A stretch of 64,000 bases of DNA from the NCBI GenBank assembly GCA_038242455.1, contig JBBSSB010000001.1:15069-79068 (forward strand), in the 5' to 3' direction. The translations under genes were made by a program, and so were the position numbers. The DNA comes from Lysobacterales bacterium (GTDB taxonomy: Bacteria; Pseudomonadota; Gammaproteobacteria; Xanthomonadales; Xanthomonadaceae). The notes beneath the pieces are model-generated. The model searched no databases and was not told the origin of the DNA. It saw only the letters and a program-made list of their open reading frames with translations. Shown here piece by piece: positions 1-12,038 of this stretch; the first letter of the stretch is position 1, and every line of letters starts with the position of its first letter.

Positions 1-1
1 G

Positions 2-142
2 GCATTCGCATTTGAGGCGATCAACCGGGTGTTTTCCAACGATGCGGTGGTCCCGACATTGTTGCGCGGACCATTATTGGGGCTCGCAGGGCGATTGCCG
101 CCGCTCACGCGTGCGTTGTGGCGCCACGCCGCTGGGGTCTGA
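2..142 (+). CDS. C-terminal fragment of UbiH/UbiF/VisC-family FAD-dependent hydroxylase (5' truncated by window)
   Basis: Manual translation from nt 2: AFAFEAINRVFSNDAVVPTLLRGPLLGLAGRLPPLTRALWRHAAGV*; 'RVFSND...LLRG..L' resembles the C-terminus of ubiquinone hydroxylases. Confidence 0.65.
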   Translation, partial: AFAFEAINRVFSNDAVVPTLLRGPLLGLAGRLPPLTRALWRHAAGV

Positions 143-178
143 GCGCGCCCAGCCCCACCGACGTTATCGTGCGCAGAG

Positions 179-934
179 TTACTTGATCCAGCCTTTCAGT
201 TCGGCCTTGCTCAGCTTGCGGTCGTGATTGTTGTCGACGGCCTTGAACTCGGCGGTCAGCGTGGCGTTTGATGCTGCCTCGCGGGTGCTGATGAAGCCGT
301 CGTGGTTACTGTCCATCGCGTCAAAGTCGATGGTGTAGTCGCCACGGATCGAGTTGGGCGGTACCGAGATCACGTTCACGACCTGTTCTACAGGCTGACG
401 TGGCGCAGGTCGCGACATGGAGGGCGGGCGGACTGGTTCGGGTTGCATGGCCGCTGCATCCTCCGCCGCGGTCGCAGCTGCGTCGGCGGTGGCCGCGGCG
501 TCAGCGGTGGCGAACTCGGCGGCTTCCCCCGTCGTTGCAGCCTGGCGGGCCTCGTTCACAGCACCGACGGGCTGGTTGCCGAAGTCGGCCGCGCTCTTGG
601 CGCCCAATGCTTGATTCGCGGCGCGTGCCGCCTGTTGGGATGACCTATCGGCATCGATCGCGGATTGGTTGGCAATCGCGGCAACATCGGCGGCGATCGC
701 TGCGCCTTCAGCAGTTATGGCGGTTTTTTCCGTCGCCTTCGCGGCTACGGCAGCCTGCCGCGCCGATTTGGCATCTGCATCGGCGGCGTGGGCACTGTCG
801 ACAGCGTTCTGCGCCGCGACCGCCGCGTCGACCTTGGCCTTCGGATCAAGTTTGGCATCCTGCGCGCCGGCTATAGCCGGTAGAGCCAATGCACATACGA
901 CGGCCAAGCTCAAAAGACTGGTCTGGATCTTCAT
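179..934 (-). CDS. Secreted Ala-rich protein with two C-terminal EF-hand motifs
   Basis: Signal peptide MKIQTSLLSLAVVCALALPAIAGA; EF loops DSNHDGFISTRE and DNNHDRKLSKAE; ATG at 934 preferred over ORF-track start 967. Confidence 0.8.
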   Translation of the reverse strand: MKIQTSLLSLAVVCALALPAIAGAQDAKLDPKAKVDAAVAAQNAVDSAHAADADAKSARQAAVAAKATEKTAITAEGAAIAADVAAIANQSAIDADRSSQQAARAANQALGAKSAADFGNQPVGAVNEARQAATTGEAAEFATADAAATADAAATAAEDAAAMQPEPVRPPSMSRPAPRQPVEQVVNVISVPPNSIRGDYTIDFDAMDSNHDGFISTREAASNATLTAEFKAVDNNHDRKLSKAELKGWIK

Positions 935-1048
935 GGCGGAATCGCCTCGCGGGTGGGGGAGGCGCAAAGCCTGAGCCCCCGACAGTCAAGCGAGCGTCAA
1001 TAGCGTCGGTTTGAGCTGAACCGCCCCGGTATTGCCCGAGGCGCCCGG

Positions 1049-2122
1049 TCAGCGCGCCGGCATCGCCAGTACCGTGATTTCCTCACGATCGTGATACAGC
1101 TGCCGCGCGCGGATAGTCATCGGACGATGGGTCTGCAGTTCGAAGGCTTCCAGGCAGATCCGGGTCTCCTCCCAGCGCTTTTTCATCGGCAGTTTGAGGT
1201 TGAACACCGCCTGCTTGCACCAGCCCTCGCGGAACCAGGTGGCCATGCGGTCGGCGACCTTGCGCGGCTGTTCGACCATATCGCAGACCATCCAGTCGAC
1301 CCGGCGTCGCGGTTGCCACTGGAATCCGTCGGCGCGCACGTGCTCGACCCGACCACTGTCCAGCAGTTGCTCGCGCATTGGTCCGTTGTCGACTGCGGTG
1401 ACCATCATGCCGTGACGCATCAACACCCAGCTCCAGCCGCCGGGGGCAGCACCGAGATCCGCTGCCTGCATGTTTTCGCGCAGCAGCAGCTCGCGTTCGC
1501 GGTCATCAAGCAGAGTCATGAAGGCCTCCTCAAGCTTGAGTGCCGAGCGGCTGGGTGCGTCGGTATGCATCCGCAGGCGCGGAATACCCAGCGGCCACGG
1601 CGAGCTGTCTCGTGGGTCGCTGGTCGCCAGCACCACGTGGTGGCCGCCCAGAAATGCGACGTGCAAACGAGGTGTGCGCGGGTCGTCCTTCGCACTCAAC
1701 CACCCGGCCTTGCGCAGCGTGGGGCGCAGCGCGTTGCCGAAGCTGCGTGCCAGTCCGGCAAGCGTCTTGCCTGTGTCGGAGTCTGGATGCTCCATCCTCA
1801 GCTCGCCGAAGGTGCCGGCAGCCAGAACGCCCTGTTCCCGAAGCGATTCCAGCGCCTGCATGATGGGCGTGATCCGGTCGGTGGGATCCAGACCGGAAAG
1901 ATCGGCCAGACGCACCAGTTTCTGGCGCGCAAACACGATCTGATCCAACGGCAAAGCGGAGGACAGCCCGACTGCATCGGAGGCGATGAACTCGACGTAG
2001 CCGTTGCCTCGCTCGGCGCGGGCGTAGCCCGGGTATCCGACCAAGGCCGCCCGCTCGGACAGTTCGGCCGCGAGTTCGGGCTCGAAGCCAGCGCGGCACC
2101 AGAAAAACAAAGCATCCATCAT
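1049..2122 (-). CDS. rlmM: 23S rRNA (cytidine-2498-2'-O)-methyltransferase RlmM
   Basis: CRAGFE N-terminus, APSRSALKLEEA, DLGAAPGGWS, CDMVEQP, FNLKLPMKKR, QLYHDREEIT motifs. Confidence 0.96.
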   Translation of the reverse strand: MMDALFFWCRAGFEPELAAELSERAALVGYPGYARAERGNGYVEFIASDAVGLSSALPLDQIVFARQKLVRLADLSGLDPTDRITPIMQALESLREQGVLAAGTFGELRMEHPDSDTGKTLAGLARSFGNALRPTLRKAGWLSAKDDPRTPRLHVAFLGGHHVVLATSDPRDSSPWPLGIPRLRMHTDAPSRSALKLEEAFMTLLDDRERELLLRENMQAADLGAAPGGWSWVLMRHGMMVTAVDNGPMREQLLDSGRVEHVRADGFQWQPRRRVDWMVCDMVEQPRKVADRMATWFREGWCKQAVFNLKLPMKKRWEETRICLEAFELQTHRPMTIRARQLYHDREEITVLAMPAR

Positions 2123-2124
2123 GT

Positions 2125-2700
2125 TCAGTAACCCGATCCGTCGGCTTGCGTGTAGTGCTTGAGCACCTCACAGGCCGCATTGCGATGTATGTCGCGGACA
2201 ACCTCGATACCACGCTTGGCCAGTTCTCCTGGCCAGTCTGCGGGAAGGGGGCCTTCGTCAAACTCGGTGAGTGCTTCCACGTCTTCACTGCGCGCGCCGA
2301 TCAGGAGTCGATCCACGCCTGCCCAAATGGTCGCGCCATAGCATTGGCAGCAGGGTTGTGCGGATGTCGCGAGCGTCACGGGTCCGGCACTCACGCCGGG
2401 CTCCGCCTCGTTCAGGCGGCTGCGCTGAGTGCGCTGCTGAGCCAACATGAGTGCCATCGTCTCGGCATGCGCCAGAGAGCAGGTTTGCGGTACAACCCGG
2501 TTCACGCCGACCGCGATGATACGGTCATCGGGTCCGAACACAACGGCGCCGAACGGCCCACCGCTACGTGCTTCCACGTTGCGTGCCGACAACTCAATCG
2601 CCAGTGCGACCTTGGCCTCGTCGCCCGGATAGGTGACCGTGGTGTCGATGCCTTCGTGGACCCACGCGGGCAGGGTCAAGTGGACCTGTGCGTACAACAT
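2125..2700 (-). CDS. Zn-dependent nucleoside/nucleobase deaminase (cytidine deaminase fold)
   Basis: GGPFGAVV, HAE and PCCQC zinc motifs; start at ATG 2700 (MLYAQ) or GTG 2754 overlapping the glnS stop. Confidence 0.88.
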   Translation of the reverse strand: MLYAQVHLTLPAWVHEGIDTTVTYPGDEAKVALAIELSARNVEARSGGPFGAVVFGPDDRIIAVGVNRVVPQTCSLAHAETMALMLAQQRTQRSRLNEAEPGVSAGPVTLATSAQPCCQCYGATIWAGVDRLLIGARSEDVEALTEFDEGPLPADWPGELAKRGIEVVRDIHRNAACEVLKHYTQADGSGY

Positions 2701-2750
2701 CGGGTCGTTCTCCGTAGCTGGCGCCGCAAAGTGCGGCGGCCGGGGGTGGG

Positions 2751-4505
<1,755 letters not shown>

Positions 4506-4633
4506 GCGGCGCAGGGATCAGCGAGGGGAAGCCACCAGTCTAGCCGGTGTGGAGCGCATGCTGCCGCCTCACACGCGGCGGCGTATGGTAAGCGCATGCG
4601 AAGTCTTGATCATTCAGCTGCCGGAGCCCGCCG

Positions 4634-4906
4634 ATGATGCGGGTTGTCTACGAGGCCGACGGCATCATTGATGCCCATCTGGTGCGCCACGCACTTGAAG
4701 CGGTCGACATCCCGGTATTCGTCAAAGGTGAAGCGCTTTTGGGCGGCATGGGCGAGCTCCCCATGTTCGGGCTGGTTCAGGTCTGCGTCCCGGAGATCGC
4801 TTGGCAGCAGGCCCGCGAAGTGGTTCAGGCGCTTGGACTGGGTAACCCTGCCGCCGTCGCCGACGAGGACCCCGAGTGGCTGGGCGGCGGTACGCTGACG
4901 GCCTGA
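4634..4906 (+). CDS. Small DUF2007-like (putative signal-transducing) protein
   Basis: VYEA...IDAHLVRHALEAVDIPVFVKGE.L.G..GELP pattern; 90 aa. Confidence 0.75.
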   Translation: MMRVVYEADGIIDAHLVRHALEAVDIPVFVKGEALLGGMGELPMFGLVQVCVPEIAWQQAREVVQALGLGNPAAVADEDPEWLGGGTLTA

Positions 4907-4954
4907 CTTGGGTCGCGACGTGATCCGCGCATTTCCGTCCGCTAGGGCAGGGCG

Positions 4955-5869
4955 TCAGGATTTCATGGGCGGCAGCAGCAACGCGGGAGGCAGTTGGCGC
5001 AGCGTTGCTGTCATGCGCTCCAGTAGTGGCGACATCGCCGAGCTTTTGCGCCAGACCAACGCGATGCGGCGGTGTGGGGACTCGCCCCGGAACGGCAGCA
5101 GCGCGATATCCGGCGACGGCGGCACCGGTGGCTGCACCGACAATACCGGCAACAGGGTCAGGCCCACGCCCGCCGCAACCATCTGCCGCAGGGTCTCCAG
5201 ACTGGTCGCTCGAAATCCGTCCCGCTCACCCGCACCGGCCAGTCGGCATACATCCAACGCCTGGTCGCGCAGGCAATGCCCTTCCTCCAACAACAGCAGC
5301 GGGACGCGGTCCAGCTCGTGTATCGACAGTGACGTCTTCATCGCCAGTGGGTGCTGACGCGGAACCGCGAGCAGAAACGGCTCGTCAAATAGGGGTTCGA
5401 CCTGCAATTGGTCGTCATGGATCGGCAATGCCAACAGGGCGGCGTCCAAGCGCCCCTCGCGCAGGCGCTCCAGCAAGGCGTCCGTTTTTTCTTCGACCAG
5501 CAATATTTCCAGGCACGGGAACTGTTCGCGCAAGCCGGGCAGTACATGGGGCAGGAGATAGGGGCCGAGGGTAGGGAACATGCCCAGCCGGATCGATCCG
5601 GCGTCAGGGTCCTGGCTGCGACGGGCGATTTCCGTCATCTGGTCGATATCCGCCAGTACGCGTCGGGCGCGTTCAACCATCTCGCGCCCGACCGGGGTCA
5701 GCATGACGTTGCGCGGCGCGCGCTCGAACAGCATCACGCCCAGCTCTTCTTCCAGCTTGCGTATCTGAGTCGACAGCGTCGGCTGGCTGACGAAGCTGGC
5801 AGCCGCTGCGCGACCGAAGTGGCGGTGCTCAGCCAACGCCACCAGATATTTGAGGTCACGGAGATTCAT
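4955..5869 (-). CDS. oxyR: Hydrogen-peroxide sensor LysR regulator OxyR
   Basis: MNLRDLKYL HTH, FVSQPTLSTQIRKLEEELG, redox cysteines GHCLRDQALDVC, ATSLETLRQMV; follows ahpCF. Confidence 0.96.
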   Translation of the reverse strand: MNLRDLKYLVALAEHRHFGRAAAASFVSQPTLSTQIRKLEEELGVMLFERAPRNVMLTPVGREMVERARRVLADIDQMTEIARRSQDPDAGSIRLGMFPTLGPYLLPHVLPGLREQFPCLEILLVEEKTDALLERLREGRLDAALLALPIHDDQLQVEPLFDEPFLLAVPRQHPLAMKTSLSIHELDRVPLLLLEEGHCLRDQALDVCRLAGAGERDGFRATSLETLRQMVAAGVGLTLLPVLSVQPPVPPSPDIALLPFRGESPHRRIALVWRKSSAMSPLLERMTATLRQLPPALLLPPMKS

Positions 5870-5930
5870 GTTGAACCCTCAAGGCGTGCCGCTGCGAATG
5901 CATCGAGCCATCGCAGCGGCACGCCCGCGG

Positions 5931-7529
5931 TCAGGCCGCGGCCGTCTCGCCAGGAGTTTTTGCTGCGGCCGGTGCCGGCGTGCGGATCAGATGGTCGAAC
6001 GCGCTCAACGCGGCCGTCGAACCGGCACCCATCGCAATCACGATCTGCTTGTAGGGCACGGTGGTCGCATCGCCTGCGGCGAATACGCCCGGCATCGACG
6101 TCGCGCCGCGTGCGTCGATGACGATCTCGCCACGCGCCGACAGTTCAAGGTCACTCTTGAGCCAATCGGTGTTGGGCAGCAGGCCGATCTGCACGAAAAT
6201 CCCGTCCAGCGTCACGCGGTGGCTGTCGCCGCCTTCGCGGTCCTTGTAGACCAGACCGACGACCTTCTTGCCGTCGCCGAGCACCTCGGTGCTTTGGGCG
6301 CTGACGATAATGGTGACGTTGGGCAGGCTGCGCAGCTTGCGCTGCAGCACTTCGTCGGCGCGCAGCTGGCTGTCGAACTCGACCAGGGTGACGTGGTTGA
6401 CGATGCCGGCCAGATCGATCGCGGCCTCGACGCCGGAGTTGCCGCCGCCGATCACCGCCACGTCTTTGCCCTTGTACAGCGGTCCATCGCAATGCGGGCA
6501 GTAGGCCACGCCCTTGTTGCGGTACTCCTCCTCGCCAGGCACGCCCATCTGGCGCCAGCGCGCACCGGTGGCCAGGACCACACTGCGCGACTTCAGCGAC
6601 GCGCCGTTGGCCAGTTGGACCTCAACCAGGCCGCCGGGCTCGGTCGCGGGGATCAACTTGGTCGCGCGCTGCAGGTTCATGATGTCGACGTCGTACTCGC
6701 GGACATGCTGTTCCAGCGCGACCGCCAACTTCGGGCCTTCTGTGTACGACACCGAGATGAAGTTCTCGATTGCCATCGTGTCCAGCACCTGTCCCCCGAA
6801 ACGCTCGGAGGCGACGCCGGTGCGGATCCCCTTGCGGGCGGCATAGATGGCGGCAGCAGCGCCGGCCGGGCCACCGCCGATCACCAGCACCTCGAACGGC
6901 GCCTTGGTCTTGATCTCCTCGGCGATACGCGTCTCCGCGCCGGTGTCCAGTCGCGCGACGATCTGCTCGATGGTCATGCGGCCGGTGTCGAAGGCCTCGC
7001 CGTTGAGGAGCACAGTCGGCACCGACATGATCTCGCGAGTCTCCACCTCGTCCTGGAACAGCGCGCCGTCGATGGCGACGTGGCGGATGCTGGGATTGAG
7101 CACGCTCATCAGGTTCAGTGCCTGTACCGTGTCGGGGCAGCTCTGGCAGGACAGCGACATAAAGGTCTCGAAACTGAAGTCCCCTTCCAGGTCGCGGACC
7201 TGATTGGCCAGTTCGTCGGAGATCTTGCCCGGATGGCCGCCGACCTGAAGCAGCGCCAGCACCAGCGAGGTGAATTCATGGCCCATCGGAATCGCCGCAA
7301 AGCCCACGCCGACATCGGTGCCGACGCGGTTGATCGCGAACGACGGCTTGCGCGGCTGCGAATCGTCGCGGCGCAGGCTGATCTTGTCGGACATCGTGGC
7401 GATGTCGGTCAGTAGTGCTTCCAGCTCCTGGGACTTCGCGCCGTCGTCCAGACAGGCGACCAGTTCGATCGGCTGGGTCAGATTTTCCAGGTAGGTCTTC
7501 AACTGGGTCTTGAGGCTGTCATCGAGCAT
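5931..7529 (-). CDS. ahpF: Alkyl hydroperoxide reductase subunit F
   Basis: [14 protein letters not shown] start, CQSC and CPHC disulfide motifs, GGGPAG and GGGNSG nucleotide-binding motifs. Confidence 0.97.
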   Translation of the reverse strand: MLDDSLKTQLKTYLENLTQPIELVACLDDGAKSQELEALLTDIATMSDKISLRRDDSQPRKPSFAINRVGTDVGVGFAAIPMGHEFTSLVLALLQVGGHPGKISDELANQVRDLEGDFSFETFMSLSCQSCPDTVQALNLMSVLNPSIRHVAIDGALFQDEVETREIMSVPTVLLNGEAFDTGRMTIEQIVARLDTGAETRIAEEIKTKAPFEVLVIGGGPAGAAAAIYAARKGIRTGVASERFGGQVLDTMAIENFISVSYTEGPKLAVALEQHVREYDVDIMNLQRATKLIPATEPGGLVEVQLANGASLKSRSVVLATGARWRQMGVPGEEEYRNKGVAYCPHCDGPLYKGKDVAVIGGGNSGVEAAIDLAGIVNHVTLVEFDSQLRADEVLQRKLRSLPNVTIIVSAQSTEVLGDGKKVVGLVYKDREGGDSHRVTLDGIFVQIGLLPNTDWLKSDLELSARGEIVIDARGATSMPGVFAAGDATTVPYKQIVIAMGAGSTAALSAFDHLIRTPAPAAAKTPGETAAA

Positions 7530-7720
7530 GGCTACGACTCCATCAGATGTGGAAAGGGAAAGAATGGGGATGCTTGCAGGAGCGGCCTGAGCCGGGGGAG
7601 GGGGCCGGAAGGGGATACTGGTGGAGCATCCGGCGCGGCCCAGGCCGCTTATGCAAGCAACCGATGACGCGGAGATCGCCCACACGCGGCAAGGGCGTGG
7701 CGGGCAAGTGCTGCGTGACA

Positions 7721-7743
7721 TCCGGGCGCGGTGCGCGCCCGGA
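7721..7743 (-). terminator. Perfect 10-bp GC hairpin just downstream of ahpC (mRNA-stabilising/attenuating stem-loop, no U-tract)
   Basis: TCCGGGCGCG-gtg-CGCGCCCGGA, 14 nt after the ahpC stop. Confidence 0.55.
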
Positions 7744-7757
7744 CAGGTACCAATGAA

Positions 7758-8321
7758 TTAGATCTTGCCGACCAGGTCGAGCGACGGTGCGAGGGTCTTC
7801 TCGCCTTCCTTCCACTTGGCCGGGCAAACCTCATTCGGGTGCGAGGCAACGTACTGGGCAGCCTTGACCTTGCGCAGCAGCTCGCTTGCGTCACGGCCGA
7901 TACCACCTGCGTTGACTTCAACGATCTGGATCTTGCCCTCGCTGTCGATCACGAACGTGCCGCGGTCGGCCAAGCCGACTTCTTCGATCATCACGTCGAA
8001 GTTGCGGCAGATCGCGCCGGTCGGGTCGCCGATCATCGTGTACTTGATCTTCTTGATCGCCGGTGAGGTGTCGTGCCAAGCCTTGTGGGCGAAGTGGGTG
8101 TCGGTGGAGACGCTGTAGATCTCGACGCCGAGCTTCTGGAACTCGTCGTAGTTGTCAGCCAGGTCTTCCAGCTCGGTCGGGCAAACAAACGTGAAGTCGG
8201 CCGGGTAGAAAAAGAAGACTGACCACTTGCCCTTCAGGTCGGCCTCAGTGACTTCCTTGAACTCGCCGTTCTTGAACGCTTGCGCCTTGAACGGCTTGAT
8301 GTCGGTATTGATCAGGGACAT
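7758..8321 (-). CDS. ahpC: Alkyl hydroperoxide reductase subunit C (2-Cys peroxiredoxin)
   Basis: [31 protein letters not shown]; start MSLINT. Confidence 0.98.
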   Translation of the reverse strand: MSLINTDIKPFKAQAFKNGEFKEVTEADLKGKWSVFFFYPADFTFVCPTELEDLADNYDEFQKLGVEIYSVSTDTHFAHKAWHDTSPAIKKIKYTMIGDPTGAICRNFDVMIEEVGLADRGTFVIDSEGKIQIVEVNAGGIGRDASELLRKVKAAQYVASHPNEVCPAKWKEGEKTLAPSLDLVGKI

Positions 8322-8395
8322 TAACTGGATCCTCATGGGATGAGTGGGGGAAGAAAGTACGAGTTGATGCTAGTCGCGCCTATGTAATTAGACAA

Positions 8396-8432
8396 ATCGA
8401 TTGATTTGATTGATTCGATAGGCTCGGACTAT
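8396..8432. promoter_or_regulatory. OxyR binding site upstream of ahpC
   Basis: ATCG-N7-TGAT-N7-ATAG-N7-CTAT versus consensus ATAG-N7-CTAT-N7-ATAG-N7-CTAT, in an AT-rich patch upstream of ahpC-ahpF-oxyR. Confidence 0.8.
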
Positions 8433-8621
8433 TGATCGTCAGCACGTGCCGCCAAAGTCCGATCGCCACACAGAGCGACTCTGTCGACATCGCGGCAGAC
8501 GACCCCGTTATCAAGGCCGGCGTCGAGCAGCCGTTGTATCCAGTGCGGTGGCGTAGCATGCGCGCCACAAGTGGCGGACCGATGGGCGGGCCCTAGCTGC
8601 AGAACGGCCACGGAGGATCGT

Positions 8622-9443
8622 ATGACGCGAATCGATGCAACCCTGCGCGAAGCGCGTGCAGGTACCGACCCCGGCGAGGTCGAGATGCTGCTTGGCCATG
8701 TACTGCAGCGGTCGCGAAGTTGGTTGTACGCGCATGGAGACGAGGCGCTGGCGGACGAGGCTTCGCAACGGTTTATGGCGCTGGTCGAGAGACGGCGCGC
8801 AGGCGAGCCGGTGGCGTACCTCGTTGGTGAGCGTGGCTTCTGGGGATTTGACCTGAAGGTGTCGCCCGCAACGCTTATCCCGCGCGCGGAGACCGAACTG
8901 TTGGTGGAGCTTGCCCTGGAACGCTTGCCACTGGATCAGAAGACGCGGATCGCCGACCTCGGCACGGGCAGCGGCGCTATCGCATTGGCGCTGGCTTTGG
9001 AGCGACCATTGACGCAAGTGACCGCCACCGATGCCAGCGTCGCCGCATTGGCGGTCGCGACCGATAATGCCCGGGCACTCGGAGTGGGGAACGTCACGTT
9101 CCGTCACGGAGACTGGTTGGCGCCCTTGGCCGGTGAGAAATTCGAGATGATCGTCAGCAATCCGCCCTACATCGCTGATGCCGATCTGCATCTGGAGCAG
9201 GGCGACCTGCGGTTCGAGCCGCGCAGTGCGCTGGCCTCGGGCGCTGATGGCTTGCACGACATCCGTACGATCGCGCGCGACGCGCCTGCGCTGCTGCAGC
9301 CAGATGGCTGGCTGTTGCTGGAACACGGCTTTGATCAGGGCGAGGCTGTGCGCGAGCTTTTGGCCAGCGCTGGCTTGGTCGAGGTGAACACTTTTGTCGA
9401 TCTGGAGCAGCGTGACCGGGTGACGATCGGCCGAGTGCGCTGA
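8622..9443 (+). CDS. prmC: Release factor glutamine methyltransferase PrmC/HemK
   Basis: [34 protein letters not shown]; GGAGG RBS before ATG 8622. Confidence 0.96.
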   Translation: MTRIDATLREARAGTDPGEVEMLLGHVLQRSRSWLYAHGDEALADEASQRFMALVERRRAGEPVAYLVGERGFWGFDLKVSPATLIPRAETELLVELALERLPLDQKTRIADLGTGSGAIALALALERPLTQVTATDASVAALAVATDNARALGVGNVTFRHGDWLAPLAGEKFEMIVSNPPYIADADLHLEQGDLRFEPRSALASGADGLHDIRTIARDAPALLQPDGWLLLEHGFDQGEAVRELLASAGLVEVNTFVDLEQRDRVTIGRVR

Positions 9444-9519
9444 ATCGTGGCAGCAGAGCGGGCTGCGGTAGTCGCCCACGCTGGGTAAACTCGAGGACCT
9501 CTTCCGCGGCGGAGTCGCC

Positions 9520-10464
9520 ATGCGCACCCTTTACCCCGACATCCAGCCGTACGACACCGGCACCCTCGAGGTCGACGAGCGGCACACCCTGTACTACGAG
9601 CAGTGCGGCAATCCGGACGGCAAGCCAGTGGTGCTGCTTCACGGCGGCCCCGGTGGTGGTTGCAGCGCAAAGATGCGCCGTTTCCACGACCCGGCGAAGT
9701 ACCGCATCATCCTGTTTGACCAGCGCGGCAGCGGTCGCTCGACCCCGCATGCCGACTTGGTAGCCAACACCACCTGGCATCTCGTGGAAGACATCGAGAA
9801 GCTGCGCGTCAAGCTGGATGTTGAGCGTTGGCAGGTATTCGGCGGCAGCTGGGGCTCGACCTTGGCGCTGGCCTATGCGGAAAAGCATCCCAAGCGCGTC
9901 ACCGAGCTGGTCCTGCGTGGCATCTTCACGCTGCGCCGCTGGGAGCTGGAATGGTTCTATCAGGAAGGCGCGAGCCGCCTGTTTCCGGAGCCTTGGGAGC
10001 AATACATCAATGCAATCCCTGTGACCGAGCGGCACGACCTTATCAGTGCCTTCCATCGCCGCCTGACCAGCCCGGACGAGGCAACCCGACTTGCTGCAGC
10101 CAAGGCTTGGGCCGTGTGGGAAGGTGCCACCAGCTTCCTTCACGTGGACGATGACTTCACGACCAGTCACGAGGATCCCAAGTTCGCATTGGCCTTCGCC
10201 CGGATCGAGAATCACTACTTCGTCAACGGCGGATTTTTCGAAGTCGATGACCAGTTGCTGCGCGATGTCAGCGCAATCGCGGACATTCCCGGCGTGATCG
10301 TGCATGGCCGCTATGACGTGGTGTGTCCGGTCCAGAATGCGTGGGACCTGCACAAGCTCTGGCCGAAGGCGACGCTGGCAATCAGCCCCGCATCAGGCCA
10401 TTCGGCTTTTGAGGCCGAAAACGTTGATTCACTGGTCCGTGCGACCGACGGATTCGCGGCGTAA
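9520..10464 (+). CDS. pip: Proline iminopeptidase
   Basis: LHGGPGGG, FDQRGSGRSTP, VFGGSWGSTL, VHGRYDVVCP, SGHS. Confidence 0.95.
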   Translation: MRTLYPDIQPYDTGTLEVDERHTLYYEQCGNPDGKPVVLLHGGPGGGCSAKMRRFHDPAKYRIILFDQRGSGRSTPHADLVANTTWHLVEDIEKLRVKLDVERWQVFGGSWGSTLALAYAEKHPKRVTELVLRGIFTLRRWELEWFYQEGASRLFPEPWEQYINAIPVTERHDLISAFHRRLTSPDEATRLAAAKAWAVWEGATSFLHVDDDFTTSHEDPKFALAFARIENHYFVNGGFFEVDDQLLRDVSAIADIPGVIVHGRYDVVCPVQNAWDLHKLWPKATLAISPASGHSAFEAENVDSLVRATDGFAA

Positions 10465-10500
10465 CGCCCCTCAGTCTGCCGCGCAGCGTCGACGGAAACG

Positions 10501-11061
10501 TCAGCGCGCGGCAGGCGACCCGTCCGGGTTGCGATCGATCATCCACAGCCCGGCCCAGAGTTTCAGGTCCAGCTCGAAGCCTTCGCGTTGCTTGGCCATC
10601 AACCACATGGGTACCTGCTCTCGCGGCACCCGGTGGACGATGATGTTCTCGTCGTCGACGCCACCGCCATCGCCGACCTTCACCAAGTCACTGGCGCGCA
10701 CGAAAGCAATACGCTCGCTGCTCATTCCCGATGAAGTGGGCCCGGTCAGTAAAACCTCCACGCGCCCGGGTTCCCAGCCGGTTTCCTCAACCAGTTCGCG
10801 ATGCGCGGCGCTGGCAAGCGTGTCGGTGGCGTGGTCGTCGCCGACGAGTCCGGCCGGCATCTCGATGGTTCGCGAGCCGAGTGGAACCCGGAACTGCTCG
10901 ACGAACAGCACTTCATCGTCAGGCGTGACGGCGATGATGATCACCGCCATTCCCTTGCCGTGAGTGCGCTCGACATATTCCCAGCGGCCGCGGCGGAGCA
11001 TTCGCAGCCACTTGCCGTCGTAGATGATTTCAGCTGGTTGATTGTATTCGTCCATGGACAT
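10501..11061 (-). CDS. NUDIX hydrolase (ADP-ribose pyrophosphatase-like)
   Basis: EQFRVP, EMPAGLV...AAHRELVEETG Nudix box; start approximate. Confidence 0.88.
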   Translation of the reverse strand: MSMDEYNQPAEIIYDGKWLRMLRRGRWEYVERTHGKGMAVIIIAVTPDDEVLFVEQFRVPLGSRTIEMPAGLVGDDHATDTLASAAHRELVEETGWEPGRVEVLLTGPTSSGMSSERIAFVRASDLVKVGDGGGVDDENIIVHRVPREQVPMWLMAKQREGFELDLKLWAGLWMIDRNPDGSPAAR

Positions 11062-11087
11062 GATGCTAAACCTTCCCGCCGTGCTGA

Positions 11088-12038
11088 TCATCCGCCCGGA
11101 TTGAATTCCAGCCCTGCTGCGCCGTACAGCCGTCGCCGGGTGATCGGCCCGAAGCGTACCTGCTCGCACAACGCGTGCAGCCGGTCCTGATCGGCAGCGC
11201 GGCGCACGAAATGGCTATCGGCATCGTCCAGCGCGACGTCGCAGGCGACCGTCGATAGTTCGCGGCACAACAACGCCAGTTCGCGGTGCTCGCGCAGTCG
11301 CGCGGCACTGCTCGCGGCGCCACGCAACCGCAGGTAGGGCACTTCCTCGACGCGCGCGAGCAGCGCATCAAGACTGTCGAAATGGGCCAGTAGCGCGGCG
11401 GCGGTCTTGGCGCCGATCCCTGGAACCCCTGGAATGTTGTCGACCGCATCGCCGGTCAGGGCCAGGTAGTCGGCCATTTGCCTTGCCTCCACCCCGTACC
11501 GCGCGGGGACGCCAGACGCATCCCAGCGCTGGCCGCGGGCAAAGTCCCATTGCTCGTCGTGGTCGCCGAGCAACTGCGAAAGATCCTTGTCGGCCGACAC
11601 AATGACCGAGCGAAAGCCGTGCGCGCGGGCGCCGATGCAGGCACTGCCGATCAGGTCGTCGGCTTCGTACTCGCGATGCGCGAGCACACTCAGTCCGAGC
11701 GACGCGCACAACTCGCGGCAGAGAGTGAACTGCTGCTTCAATGCGTCCGGTGCCGGCTCGCGATTGGCCTTGTACGCCGGGTAGAGCGCGTTGCGGAAGC
11801 ACGAATCCAAGGCTTCGTCGAACGCTACCGCGATGTGCTGCGGCTTCGTGCGGTCGAGCAGCTCCAGCAAAAACCGCGCAAAGCCCTGTACCGCATTGGT
11901 CGGTGCGCCGTCGGCACCGCGGAAGTCGTCCGGCATCGAGTGCCAGGCGCGAAAGATGTACAGGCTGGCATCAATCAGATACAGGGTCGGTGTGGCGGTG
12001 TGCGGCCTTGTGGCCGTTGCGTCGCTCAAGGCGTCCAC
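11088..12038 (-). CDS. Stand-alone 5'-3' exonuclease/flap endonuclease (PolA N-terminal-like)
   Basis: LYLIDASLYIFRAW, FRNALYPAYKANR, YEADDLIG, SADKDLSQL, LTGDAVDNIPGVPGIGAKTA; start GTG 12038 or TTG 12029. Confidence 0.9.
   Translation of the reverse strand: MDALSDATATRPHTATPTLYLIDASLYIFRAWHSMPDDFRGADGAPTNAVQGFARFLLELLDRTKPQHIAVAFDEALDSCFRNALYPAYKANREPAPDALKQQFTLCRELCASLGLSVLAHREYEADDLIGSACIGARAHGFRSVIVSADKDLSQLLGDHDEQWDFARGQRWDASGVPARYGVEARQMADYLALTGDAVDNIPGVPGIGAKTAAALLAHFDSLDALLARVEEVPYLRLRGAASSAARLREHRELALLCRELSTVACDVALDDADSHFVRRAADQDRLHALCEQVRFGPITRRRLYGAAGLEFNPGG

Noticed and set aside
5850-7415. 521-aa + strand ORF opposite ahpF, and similar long antisense ORFs opposite rlmM, secA, murF, ftsA and pilB
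   Set aside because: Shadow ORFs expected from high-GC codon bias; no motifs, and they fully overlap well-supported genes
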